A stretch of 55,699 nt of DNA from a virus (taxonomy: Duplodnaviria; Caudoviricetes), in IMG/VR virus record IMGVR_UViG_3300045303_000132, positions 1-55,699 of that record. One strand, written 5' to 3'. The position numbers and the translations under genes are program-made. Positions 45,174 to 54,221 of the stretch are shown in pieces (positions within the stretch are counted from its first letter, which is position 1; every line of letters starts with the position of its first letter). The notes beneath the pieces are model-generated. The model did not search any database and was not told the DNA's origin. It saw only the letters and a program-made list of their open reading frames with translations.

Positions 45174-46808
45174 TCAGGACGGGCAGGCGACGTTGTCGCA
45201 GATCTCGACCGGGATGTCCAGGCCGAGGGAGTTGCACCCACGGGCCAGGATACCCTCGTAGGACTCGGCGAACGCCGCGACCTTGTTCTGGCGGTTGAGG
45301 TTGTGGTCCCGGATCTCGGTGCCGAGGTCCAGCGTGCCACCGTCGAGGAAGGTGAAGAACCCGTTGGGGGCCAGCACCGAACCGAGGGTGAGCGGGAACT
45401 GCGGGTCCGTGCCGCCGGAGCCGAAGGACACCGGGTCCAGGTCCTGCGAGTAGACCACGTTGATGCCCTCGTTGGAGAACGCCGTGGAGAGCAGGCTGGC
45501 CGCGATGTTGGGGTCATCGACCGCCGAGGAGAAGACTCGACGGTTGATGAGGTCGAGCCGGACCGCCGTGAGCAGCGACTCGCCCACGAAGTAGTCCAAC
45601 TGGATGTCGCCGAGGCGCTGGTCCGAGCGGAGCGCGGCAGCGGCGGTGCCGACACCGTTCACCACGTTGGCGAAGACGGAGCCGAGGGCCTCGACCGTGT
45701 AGGTCGACATGACCGCGTCCCGCATCTTCTCGAAGAGCAGGACCTCACCGCGCCGGGCGTTCTGAATCGCCAGAGCGGCGAGGTAGCCCTGCCACTGCTC
45801 GGGGGCGAACCGGGTCTGGTAGTTTCCGACGGTGACGCAGGAGTAGACCGCGTCGACGCCGACCTCGTCGGTGTCACCGCAGTCGACATCGGCACACACC
45901 TTCCAGGTGTCGGGGTCAGCCTCGTCCACGAGCTCGTCGTCCTCACAGGTCCACACACCGAAGCCGTCCACCGGGAGGCAGATGGCGTTGAAGAACGTGA
46001 ACTTGCCGTGCGTCGCACCCAACGTCGGCAGCGCGTCCCGGATCGGACGAGCCGTGCTGCCCTGCACCGGGTTCGTGTAGATCGGCTGCGGCAGCGAGCA
46101 GCAGCCACCCGACGCGACCACGGCCTCCGGGCTGACGAACGCGTCCACCATCCGGGTGTCGGCGTTGATCTTGCCGGTGAGCGTGCGGTCCTCGGCGAAC
46201 GAGGTCTCGAAGCGGGCGACCCGCTCCTTGCCGGTCTTCAGGCTGCGACCCGAGGAGTCACGGAAGGCCTCGGCCAGCATGTAGAGCGTGGCGTCCTGGA
46301 GGGTGTCCCCGTTGACGATCACGCGGGTCGTGGTGGTGGCGAGGTCCTTCGCCGGCTCGTTGACGGACAGACCGGGGGTGCCGGTGAGGCCGAGGCGGGC
46401 GACCGCCTCCTGGACGGAGAGCATCTTGCCCTTCTTCGGCTTGGACGAGAGGGACTTCTCGGCGGGGTCCTTCTCCGGGTCTTCCTCGTCCTCAGGGTCG
46501 GCCTCGGGGTCCTCCTCCTCGGGGTCCTTCTCGGTGGCCTCCTCGTCCGGGTCGGGGATGTCGGCCAGCGCGGCGTCCACGTCGTTCGCGGCTGCCTGCT
46601 CCTGCTCGGCGACGGCCTTGACGGCGGCGTCAGCGGCGAAGTAGGACTCGCGGAGGGTGGTCAGAGCGTCGAGGTCCGGGGCCGAAGCACCGCGGAGCGA
46701 GTGGAGTTGGCGGGCGATGACGTCGCGTGCCTGAGTGAGTTCGGACAGCGAGAGAGTCTCTCCCGCGCCAACCCGACCCAGAATGCTGAGAGCCTGCTGG
46801 AGATCCAT
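45174..46808 (-). CDS. Major capsid (hexamer) protein with N-terminal scaffold-like region
   Basis: Helical/acidic N-terminus, VVASGGCCS.P...Y motif, LDLG.EIRD..LN..N....FAE..EG C-terminus. Confidence 0.82.
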   Translation of the reverse strand: MDLQQALSILGRVGAGETLSLSELTQARDVIARQLHSLRGASAPDLDALTTLRESYFAADAAVKAVAEQEQAAANDVDAALADIPDPDEEATEKDPEEEDPEADPEDEEDPEKDPAEKSLSSKPKKGKMLSVQEAVARLGLTGTPGLSVNEPAKDLATTTTRVIVNGDTLQDATLYMLAEAFRDSSGRSLKTGKERVARFETSFAEDRTLTGKINADTRMVDAFVSPEAVVASGGCCSLPQPIYTNPVQGSTARPIRDALPTLGATHGKFTFFNAICLPVDGFGVWTCEDDELVDEADPDTWKVCADVDCGDTDEVGVDAVYSCVTVGNYQTRFAPEQWQGYLAALAIQNARRGEVLLFEKMRDAVMSTYTVEALGSVFANVVNGVGTAAAALRSDQRLGDIQLDYFVGESLLTAVRLDLINRRVFSSAVDDPNIAASLLSTAFSNEGINVVYSQDLDPVSFGSGGTDPQFPLTLGSVLAPNGFFTFLDGGTLDLGTEIRDHNLNRQNKVAAFAESYEGILARGCNSLGLDIPVEICDNVACPS

Positions 46809-46913
46809 GGTGGACTTCTTTCGCGTCTGGTGTGTTCAGGGACGCGGTGCCACCGCCAGGAGGCTCTACACAGAGCCGATTGCCCGAAGGGTAGCCCCCC
46901 TTCAGGTTTCGCG

Positions 46914-49190
46914 CTACTCCTTGGGAGAATCTTCTGGAACCGGGACGTCCGTGAGCAGGTCTTCGGCAAGCATGGCGACCGCCTTCTCGATCCGCTTCAG
47001 GCTCGCCATGACCTCATCCATGCTAGGCGATTTCTCATCTGGCTTGTCACCCTCAGACGGGAACTCGAAGTGCTCGCTGTGCTCACCACACTCAGCGCAG
47101 AAGCCGCCCTCCGGGTTGAGGACGTGGACGTGCTCCGGCCCGGTCAGGATCTGTGCGTCGCCGCCCGCGCTGGCCGCGACGGGCCATGCGGGAGTGGGGA
47201 CAAGGTGGAGGCCGACCAGCGTGCGACCACGCCCAGCGGGCCACAGTTCCACGCTCGGGGCGGACGCGGCGGCACGGAGCAGGGCGTCCCGGTCCACACC
47301 GGGCATCACAACGCCGCTGATGGCGAGGCCGAAGGGGGTCTCCCACGCCCGGACCATCGCGAAGATGGTGTTCGCGTCGTCACGATGACGACCCACCTCC
47401 AGCGCACCCACGCCCTGACGAGCGAGTGCCGGGTCGAGGTGCCGCCCACCAAGGGTGAGCGCACCCGGCTGGAACGTAGTGCCGTCGGAGAGCGTGATCA
47501 ACTGCCCCGTGTGGAAGCCCCGGTGCCGAGAGTCCACGTCGCCGGGGTACTGGAAGCACGCGCCCATGTCGCTTCGGTGACACACGCCCTTCGGTGCGGC
47601 GATGCCGTAGATGCGACGAAGGCCGTTGGCGTCCTCATCGCCGACGGAGAGCGGCACCAACTTCTTCGGCTTGAAGTCGGCGAAGTACTCCGCCGGGAGA
47701 GACGTCGAGCCAGCCGCAGCCGTCACCGCCTCGACGTCCTCCCCGGTGAGTGCCTCTGGGCGGACGGCGGTCTCCATGCCGTCGACCCGCTCGAGGGCGC
47801 TGATGGACCCGACCACCACGCCGTCGTGATCGTTGTTGTCCGGGTCCCAGATGATTGGGATGGGGAGGAGGTCGTCGTCCCAGGTGAGGCTGCCGTACTT
47901 CAGCGTCCGGACGTCGCCGGTGTAGACGCCCTCGAACGTCACCGGGCCAGACACGCCGTAGCCGTCCTCGTTGAGGGCGAGGCGGGCGTTGCTGAACGCC
48001 GCCGTGTCGACGATCGCGACGTGGCGCGGGCGGATCTCGGCGTTCTCGAAGATGTCATTCGCCTCCGCCATCTTCGCCGCCATCGCCTCCTCATCGTCGT
48101 CCGGGCTGGGCTCCAGCGCGGCCAACTTCTCGGCGACCTCGGGCGTGAGGTCGTGTTTGATGGACACCGCCACCGCACCCTCACGGAGGAGTTCCTGCAC
48201 ACGGGCCACCAGAGCCTGAGTGCGAGGATCCTCAGACAGAGACAGGGTGCCCGTGCCGATGATGCCTGCGGTCTTCTTCTCGTCAGCCACGGGGGGCTCC
48301 TCTGTCTCTTCGGTGGTCCAGCCGTCCGGAAGATCGACATCACACTTGAGGGCGCTCCTCCGCTTCTTGATGTGAGCCTTCGCCTTGGCCGGGTCACTCG
48401 CCCGACCGATGGCCTGAATCGCGTTCTTCAGGTCAGCGCAGTCGCCGATCGGGAACGACCCGTCCGGAAGCGCCCTGCCGTCCTTCGCCATCGCCTTCCG
48501 GGCCTCGGGGGAGTAGTCCTTGAAGTCCACGCCATCGCCTTCCGTGTCGTTGCGACGTTCCTTGCGCTCGGGGCGCGTGCCGTCCGGACTGAACGGGCAG
48601 TCGGGCCAGTCGTCGTACTTCTCGACGATCCGAACGTAGATCGTACAGATCTTCCGCTTGATCGCGTCTTTCTCGGCCTTGGACGCGCCCGTCATCTTGT
48701 CGACGCCATGCCCTCCGGACACGGCCGACATTCCACGAGGGACGATATGCAATCCGGCGTCGGCTACGTCGGTGAAGGGGAGTTTGTACGCCTGTCGGGT
48801 GTGGAGGTCCTTCGACGTGTCGATGAAAAAGAACGCCTGACGGAGTTTGTCCGGGTCAAGCGTACCGTCTTCCTCCGTGGCCCACTCGAACACACGATTC
48901 GTTGCGGCCTCGCCGTCCCACGGCTCGTCACGCCCGCCAATGGGGAGTTCGACACTCCCTCCGATCTTGAACTCGGTGGCATCCATCTCCAACCACTCCA
49001 TCAGAGCCTTGAGACTGCGAGGTCCGGGGAGCCTGCCCTGCTTCAGACGGCTGAAAGCGGCCTGATGGATCCCTACTTCCTCTGCAACCTCGCTCCAAGA
49101 GAGCGGAATGCCCGATCCTCGGGTCACACGGGCGTCCTCGAGGGCTGCCAGTAGCGCATAGACGTCCATGGGACGCAGGGTAGGGCTCAA
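46914..49190 (-). CDS. Multidomain capsid maturation protease-like protein
   Basis: Between portal and capsid; N-terminal HTH, WDG...AYKLP.D module, R..MAK.G.ALPDGSFPI module, C-terminal protease-like region; start could be 49169. Confidence 0.65.
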   Translation of the reverse strand: MSPTLRPMDVYALLAALEDARVTRGSGIPLSWSEVAEEVGIHQAAFSRLKQGRLPGPRSLKALMEWLEMDATEFKIGGSVELPIGGRDEPWDGEAATNRVFEWATEEDGTLDPDKLRQAFFFIDTSKDLHTRQAYKLPFTDVADAGLHIVPRGMSAVSGGHGVDKMTGASKAEKDAIKRKICTIYVRIVEKYDDWPDCPFSPDGTRPERKERRNDTEGDGVDFKDYSPEARKAMAKDGRALPDGSFPIGDCADLKNAIQAIGRASDPAKAKAHIKKRRSALKCDVDLPDGWTTEETEEPPVADEKKTAGIIGTGTLSLSEDPRTQALVARVQELLREGAVAVSIKHDLTPEVAEKLAALEPSPDDDEEAMAAKMAEANDIFENAEIRPRHVAIVDTAAFSNARLALNEDGYGVSGPVTFEGVYTGDVRTLKYGSLTWDDDLLPIPIIWDPDNNDHDGVVVGSISALERVDGMETAVRPEALTGEDVEAVTAAAGSTSLPAEYFADFKPKKLVPLSVGDEDANGLRRIYGIAAPKGVCHRSDMGACFQYPGDVDSRHRGFHTGQLITLSDGTTFQPGALTLGGRHLDPALARQGVGALEVGRHRDDANTIFAMVRAWETPFGLAISGVVMPGVDRDALLRAAASAPSVELWPAGRGRTLVGLHLVPTPAWPVAASAGGDAQILTGPEHVHVLNPEGGFCAECGEHSEHFEFPSEGDKPDEKSPSMDEVMASLKRIEKAVAMLAEDLLTDVPVPEDSPKE

Positions 49191-50881
49191 TCAGTGGAGT
49201 TTGCAAGCCCTTGCAGCAGATTTGCAAGATCTTCGTCCTGCAAAGCGACCGGATCGACGCTGTCCAGCGTTGCCAGCACATGCTCGGTCAGCCCGTCGAC
49301 GAGGTTGTCCCCAGCGCAGGACCGTGGACCCAAGAACAGGAGGCTGTCGGACACCACCGAGGCGGCGTCGATCCCCGCGCTCTCGAGCGCCTGAAGTCCC
49401 AGATGCGCTGGCACCGCGTCATTGGACAGGGAGGTCGGCAGCACGTCCCTCAGAGACGAGTGCGTACGGGCCTTGGCTCCCAGCCGGTCTCTCGCTCGGA
49501 ACGTGGCGACATCGATCTTGCCGCGCCACTCCGCGAGGACGGTGGGGTCGATCGACTTCTGGTCAGCGGGGGCACCGCTGGGGTCTTCTCGGTCGGAGCG
49601 TGCGGCCCGCTGGCGGGGGGTCTCGGTGGTCGGACTGTGCGCGCCTTCGCCCTGGTTCTCGGGCTTGTCCACTCCAATGGTCTGGCGGCGTGCCCGCTCC
49701 TCGTCCGACGGTGCTGCCCACGCCGGGATTCCGAGCACCTCGCGGAAGTAGTCGCCGCTCACCTCGCCTCGGTCGTAGGCGTCCTTGACGTCCTGGACCG
49801 TCGACCTCTTCGCCAGCAGCAGCGTCGGGTCCGGCTTCACCAGGATCTCCACGTCGGGGAACAGAGTGTTCAGAACGTCGGTCGCGACCTGCGCGACGAT
49901 GTTGGCCGGAGGCTCGATGTGCGCCCGGTACGAGTTCTCCTCGACCTGGAAGGCGGTGGCCCGCGACTGCGCCGACAGCCCCAGCAGGATCTCCGGCGGG
50001 ATGGGCAGGCCGTACGCCAGCCGGTGGATCATGGCCTCCATGCGACCCTCGACGCGGGCGTCGTAAGGGAAGTCAGGCACGACCCAGGACAGCCCGCCCA
50101 TGCCCCGGCCACTCGCCATCGGCTCGACGAGTTCCTTCGCGCCGCGGAGATGCACCGGCCCCACGTCAGTCGGGTCGGTCATCTTGGCCCGGAGCGACTT
50201 GTCCCACTCCTCCCAGAAGTCCCCGCCCCCGGCGAAGTTCAGGCCGTCGGCAGAACCGAGAATGCCGCGCATCCCCACTCGGTTCGCGGACTGAGCACGG
50301 CTCAAGCGGCCAAGCCAGTCCATGTCGGAGAGGATGGACAGGACCCCGAACAGGGGCGCGTCCGGCTGCGACGGGTCGATCGGTGACGGCCAGAGCCCGC
50401 GGAGAACGTGCTCTGCCTCCTTGAACCAGGAGTTCTGGTCGGGGTGGATCACGGACAGGACGTGCCAGCATTCGTCCTTGTAGACGTAGAACAACTCCCC
50501 CGCGACGTACAGGTTCGTCGTGACGAGCCGGACCATGCCGACCGTCCAGCCGATGGATTTCAGCACCTCAGCAGACGCCTTGCCGTGCGGGTTCTTCTTC
50601 TCGCCCTGACCACCGGACACGACGACGGTGCCGTCGGCGAGTTCCAGTTCCCAATCCGTGCTCCCGTCGACGAAGACGTCCCACTGCATCCGGGACATCT
50701 GGTCCGCGGCCCACCCCACGATGTAGCGCACTTCGCCGACGGCCTCGGTCTGCGGGATGGCCCCGTAGATGCTGGTCTTCGGCGTGGCAGCCGCAGCCGC
50801 CGCCGCTCCGTAGGCTCCGTAGTATCCCCACGCCTGGATCTGTTGAGTCCGGACAAGAGATGTCGGCGGTGCATAGGCCAT
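49187..50881 (-). CDS. Portal protein
   Basis: VGEVRY.VGW, RLAYGL.IPPEILLG, HIEP motifs; 564 aa; position. Confidence 0.85.
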   Translation of the reverse strand: MAYAPPTSLVRTQQIQAWGYYGAYGAAAAAAATPKTSIYGAIPQTEAVGEVRYIVGWAADQMSRMQWDVFVDGSTDWELELADGTVVVSGGQGEKKNPHGKASAEVLKSIGWTVGMVRLVTTNLYVAGELFYVYKDECWHVLSVIHPDQNSWFKEAEHVLRGLWPSPIDPSQPDAPLFGVLSILSDMDWLGRLSRAQSANRVGMRGILGSADGLNFAGGGDFWEEWDKSLRAKMTDPTDVGPVHLRGAKELVEPMASGRGMGGLSWVVPDFPYDARVEGRMEAMIHRLAYGLPIPPEILLGLSAQSRATAFQVEENSYRAHIEPPANIVAQVATDVLNTLFPDVEILVKPDPTLLLAKRSTVQDVKDAYDRGEVSGDYFREVLGIPAWAAPSDEERARRQTIGVDKPENQGEGAHSPTTETPRQRAARSDREDPSGAPADQKSIDPTVLAEWRGKIDVATFRARDRLGAKARTHSSLRDVLPTSLSNDAVPAHLGLQALESAGIDAASVVSDSLLFLGPRSCAGDNLVDGLTEHVLATLDSVDPVALQDEDLANLLQGLANSTD

Positions 50882-50882
50882 G

Positions 50883-51155
50883 TCATTCTCCTTGGACGTA
50901 CATGCCGACGATTCCGGCGATGGCGGCAGCGGCGAAGGCGGTGATGATGGAGTGGCTCCAGTCCGGGTGGTACAGGATCAGCGACGGAATGATGGCGAAC
51001 CATGCGCCGGAGCACCACGGACACATCAGCCACTTCTCCGACCACGGGTGTCGGTAGAGCAGGCGGGGCACGGGCGCGAACATGCCGTCCTCGTCGTTCA
51101 GGTTCGCGTGCCACCAGACGCTGAACAGCCCGCAGATCACGGCGATCGTGATCAC
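50883..51155 (-). CDS. Small membrane protein (DUF1360-like)
   Basis: L.CPWCSG.W motif with TM helices. Confidence 0.7.
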   Translation of the reverse strand: MITIAVICGLFSVWWHANLNDEDGMFAPVPRLLYRHPWSEKWLMCPWCSGAWFAIIPSLILYHPDWSHSIITAFAAAAIAGIVGMYVQGE

Positions 51156-51478
51156 AGCAGGTCCTCGAGGATCTCGTCCTCGGTCTTCAGCGAGTCGTTC
51201 CATCGCTGCGTCATCGTCTCGGTGGAGACCTTGCACTTCGCGAGTTTGTACTGACACGAAGACCCGCGCCGACGCCACGTGATCTCGCCGTCGGCGGTGT
51301 TGCCGGTGCCCCGCGACGTGCTGGAGTTCTGCACGGTGAACGAGGCGTAGGGCTTGTCCGAGCCGGCGATGAACACCACCCCCTCGCCTTCGTCGTTGAC
51401 AAGGATGCGACTCAGCCCGAACTTCCAGCCGGGTCCGGTCACGGCGGCGATGATGTCATGTGTCACGTTCATGAACAA
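51152..51478 (-). CDS. Hypothetical protein
   Basis: RBS gagagga; GTGA overlap. Confidence 0.7.
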   Translation of the reverse strand: MFMNVTHDIIAAVTGPGWKFGLSRILVNDEGEGVVFIAGSDKPYASFTVQNSSTSRGTGNTADGEITWRRRGSSCQYKLAKCKVSTETMTQRWNDSLKTEDEILEDLL

Positions 51479-51484
51479 GTCCTC

Positions 51485-52843
51485 TCAGAACCGGCCCATT
51501 CTCACAGAACTGAGGGCCGAGGGAAGCCCGACAGGCCCCGGTGCCGGAACCATACTGCCACGGACGGTCGCCGTGTGCCGCGACCGCAGATACCACATCG
51601 CCCAGACGAGCGCGTCCACCCGGTCGGGAGACGCTCCGACCCCCGGCACCCACTCGCACATCTGGTCCCAGAGCGGCGTGCTCTGCGTCACCATGTGGAC
51701 GATCTGCTCCTCGACCTCCCAGAGCAGGGCGATCGGCTCGGCTCGCGTCTTCTTCGACTTCGTCGCGTTCACCGTGTGAATCGGGAGCGCGTGACCCGCG
51801 GAGTTGATCACCTCCTTCACCATCTGCCCGCCCTGATTGATCTCCGCGACCACGATCCCGTCGTACGAGTCGGCAGCGGACTTCACCCGCGCCGCCCAGA
51901 CGTGCGGCGACGCCTCTTCCACGCTCCGGTCGTCCAGGACATACATGTGACCTCCGGCGTCTTGCCCCACGACGACGATGCCGCACGTCCCGTTTCCGGT
52001 GGGCGGGTCAACACCCACCACGACCCGATCGCAGATCGCGGCCACGGCCGACCCCGGTCCGTTGACCCGACTCCTCTCGAGGTCGTTCGCCTTCCAGAGC
52101 GCCCCCTCGACGTCCTCGATGACTTCACCCAGAACCTCCTGTCGGTACAGCCGAGTTCCGTAGTAGAGCGTGTTCAGGGTGTGCAGCCAGTCCAGCGGGA
52201 TGTGCTTGTTGTCCATCGACGTGCCACGTCGGACAACAACGTTCGGGTCAGCCTCCCACTTCTTGATCAGATGGTGGGGCCGGGGCGTACTCGAAATCAG
52301 CCATCGCCGGGAACCACGTCGTCTACTCAGCGATGCCTGCTCGAACGCCTTCTCGGCACAGGGATTCGCGAAGAACTCCTCGAACACGTCGAAGTCTACG
52401 TTCGTCAGAGCACGAAGCCTGTCCACGTCCTTCTCGGTGGGTGTCCCAACGATCCACACCCGAGACCCGTTCGGGTAGCGCACACAGGCTCCTCCGGGGG
52501 CACTCGGGAGCCACTTCGCCTGATTCTTCGACAGAGTCAGCAGTCCGTTCGGCCCGTCGACCGCAGCCGCGATTCCGTCACCGAGTGTCGGAGCAATGAC
52601 CCGCGCTCGGACGTTGCTGGTCTCGGACAAGGTGAGGTGGAGCTCCCACATCGCTGCGAAGGACTTGCCCGCTCCTCGTCCGGCCATCATGGCGAAGCCG
52701 AGGGCGTTGGGGTTCTCTCCCGGATCGCGGGCAGAGCCAGGGGAGACTCTCCACGGGGGGATTTGGTGGTGCTGGAGAATCACTCTGCCCGCTAGGCGCT
52801 CTCTCAGTCCGTCCGCGAGGGCGGTGGACGAAAGGGAGGCCAT
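51485..52843 (-). CDS. terL: Terminase large subunit
   Basis: AGRGAGKS Walker A, DVFEE Walker B-like, STPR, YRQEVLGE, VVVGVDP, SPDRVDALVWA nuclease motifs; start uncertain. Confidence 0.93.
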   Translation of the reverse strand: MASLSSTALADGLRERLAGRVILQHHQIPPWRVSPGSARDPGENPNALGFAMMAGRGAGKSFAAMWELHLTLSETSNVRARVIAPTLGDGIAAAVDGPNGLLTLSKNQAKWLPSAPGGACVRYPNGSRVWIVGTPTEKDVDRLRALTNVDFDVFEEFFANPCAEKAFEQASLSRRRGSRRWLISSTPRPHHLIKKWEADPNVVVRRGTSMDNKHIPLDWLHTLNTLYYGTRLYRQEVLGEVIEDVEGALWKANDLERSRVNGPGSAVAAICDRVVVGVDPPTGNGTCGIVVVGQDAGGHMYVLDDRSVEEASPHVWAARVKSAADSYDGIVVAEINQGGQMVKEVINSAGHALPIHTVNATKSKKTRAEPIALLWEVEEQIVHMVTQSTPLWDQMCEWVPGVGASPDRVDALVWAMWYLRSRHTATVRGSMVPAPGPVGLPSALSSVRMGRF

Positions 52844-52904
52844 GCGGGCAGTGTAGGTCCATGTGTGGGTCGGAGATAGTGGGACGGATGATCGGATATT
52901 CGGT

Positions 52905-52965
52905 CCATGCGCGTAGATCGGCCATTCGCGTGAAGAAAAGCGGATCCATGCGCGTGACGAAAAGC
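52905..52965. repeat. Short direct repeats upstream of terL
   Basis: ccatgcgcgt (52905), ccattcgcgtgaagaaaagc (52922), ccatgcgcgtgacgaaaagc (52946). Confidence 0.6.
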
Positions 52966-53049
52966 CGGTGAGGTCTACCACGGTGATTCTCCGCGCGCAA
53001 ATAAGATGCCGCGCGGCGCCATTTTCCTTGGGTTTGGCCGGGCGCCGGG

Positions 53050-53083
53050 TAGGCTAGCCATAGGCAAGCCAACGGGGCCTGCC
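53050..53083 (+). promoter_or_regulatory. Promoter/leader repeat copy 9, recoded to be TC/GA-free
   Basis: ttgggt-16 nt-taggctagccataggcaagccaacggggcctgcc; RBS tagggg. Confidence 0.75.
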
Positions 53084-53104
53084 ACTAGTAGTTAGGGGCC
53101 ACCA

Positions 53105-53521
53105 ATGGCCAGCACACCCAAGCCGCGCGCACCGCGCGCACCCAAGGCACCCGCGTACGCGGTTGCCAGCCTGCCCACCACGGGCACCCAATACCGGCTT
53201 GCCAGCGGGGGCACGGGCACCGCGCAGCAAACCGCCTACCAGCAGGCGGTGCGCACCCTGCACGCATGGGGTGGTGGCCCCACCACCGCCAACGGCCCGC
53301 TTGTGTTTGCGCTTGTGCACCTTGGGTGGTGCGCAGGTGGCGGTGCCCGTGCCTTGTGTAAGGCCAGCAGCAGCGCAGCCTGCCAACACGGCACGCCGCA
53401 CCTGCAGCATGGCAAGCCTGCCGCGCCACAGGTGTGCGCCACGCTGGCAGCGCTGGCAGCCGCCGGGGCACCCGCTGCCGCGCTGGCAACCGTGTGGGCC
53501 ACCTACACGGGCAAGGCATAG
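53105..53521 (+). CDS. Asp/Glu/Ile-free early protein, paralog of 271..690
   Basis: Promoter repeat and RBS upstream, hairpins downstream, clear homology to the 271..690 protein. Confidence 0.85.
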   Translation: MASTPKPRAPRAPKAPAYAVASLPTTGTQYRLASGGTGTAQQTAYQQAVRTLHAWGGGPTTANGPLVFALVHLGWCAGGGARALCKASSSAACQHGTPHLQHGKPAAPQVCATLAALAAAGAPAAALATVWATYTGKA

Positions 53522-53540
53522 CCCGGCAGGTGCAACAACC

Positions 53541-53669
53541 GGCCCGGCCCGCCCCCACGGCGGGCCGGGCTACCCGCCTAGCACGCCAGCTAGGCGCCCG
53601 GCCCGGCCCGCCCCCCCACGGCGGGCCGGGCCACCCCCGGCCCGGCCCGCCCCCACGGCGGGCCGGGCC
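53541..53669 (+). terminator. Three tandem GC-rich hairpins
   Basis: ggcccggcccgccccc(cc)acggcgggccggg at about 53541, 53600 and 53639. Confidence 0.6.
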
Positions 53670-53844
53670 GGATCTGCGCGCCCGACGGACGCCCCGCGAC
53701 TCTCCGAGACCGCGCCGGAGGCGCGACTCTCCGAGACGCGGCCGGACGGCCCCGACTCTCCGAGACGCGGCCCGACGGCCCCGACTCTCGGGGAGCCCGC
53801 CCACTCTGCCGAGTCCGGCCCTTGGGTGCGACCAGCCCACCGGG

Positions 53845-53878
53845 TAGGCTAGCCGTAGGCAGCCCACCGGGGGTCGCC
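53845..53878 (+). promoter_or_regulatory. Promoter/leader repeat copy 10
   Basis: ttgggt-17 nt-taggctagccgtaggcagcccaccgggggtcgcc. Confidence 0.78.
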
Positions 53879-53895
53879 ATCACGAAAGGCTCACC

Positions 53896-54045
53896 ATGAC
53901 AGACTGTGACTTCCCGCAAGACGTGGACGCCGCTGGGAACCTGACGCACGCCGAGTGCGCCTGCCCGACGCCGGGGGCCGGGCCGTGCCCCTGCGAGGTG
54001 GAGAACGAGGTGTCCTGGCGCGCCAGCGCGCACCCGCTGTCGTAA
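53896..54045 (+). CDS. Small Cys-rich protein (49 aa)
   Basis: RBS gaaagg; MTDCDFPQ...ECACP..GPCPCE. Confidence 0.6.
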   Translation: MTDCDFPQDVDAAGNLTHAECACPTPGAGPCPCEVENEVSWRASAHPLS

Positions 54046-54168
54046 GTCCGCCCGGCCCCGGCCCTCGTACGCGAGGTCCGGGGCCGCTTTCGTACGTTCG
54101 TACGCGATTCTCCGAGAGGGTCGTACTCTTTGAGGAGCAGAGCCCTTGGGTGCGACTAGCCCGCCGGG

Positions 54169-54202
54169 TAGGCTAGCCGTAGGCAGCCCACCAGGGGTCG
54201 CC
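54169..54202 (+). promoter_or_regulatory. Promoter/leader repeat copy 11
   Basis: ttgggt-17 nt-taggctagccgtaggcagcccaccaggggtcgcc. Confidence 0.78.
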
Positions 54203-54221
54203 ACTCACCGGAAGGTCCATC

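Larger units (their letters stand above)
53026..53671. other. 646-nt region with no GA or TC dinucleotide
   Basis: Read line by line: last TC at 53025-53026, next GA at 53671-53672. Confidence 0.93.

Noticed and set aside
45303-49154. 1283-aa + strand ORF (also 29550..31505, 32428..33819, 37702..38844, 39091..40467, 49211..50386, 51458..52795)
   Set aside because: Antisense shadows of well-supported structural genes; high-GC codon bias suppresses stops on the opposite strand; no recognisable motifs
53105-53521. Explaining the D/E-free protein as merely basic/Ala-rich, a spurious ORF or foreign DNA
   Set aside because: The GA/TC absence extends through the promoter, RBS and terminators and across codon boundaries; the ORF has a clear paralog and the phage's own promoter repeat
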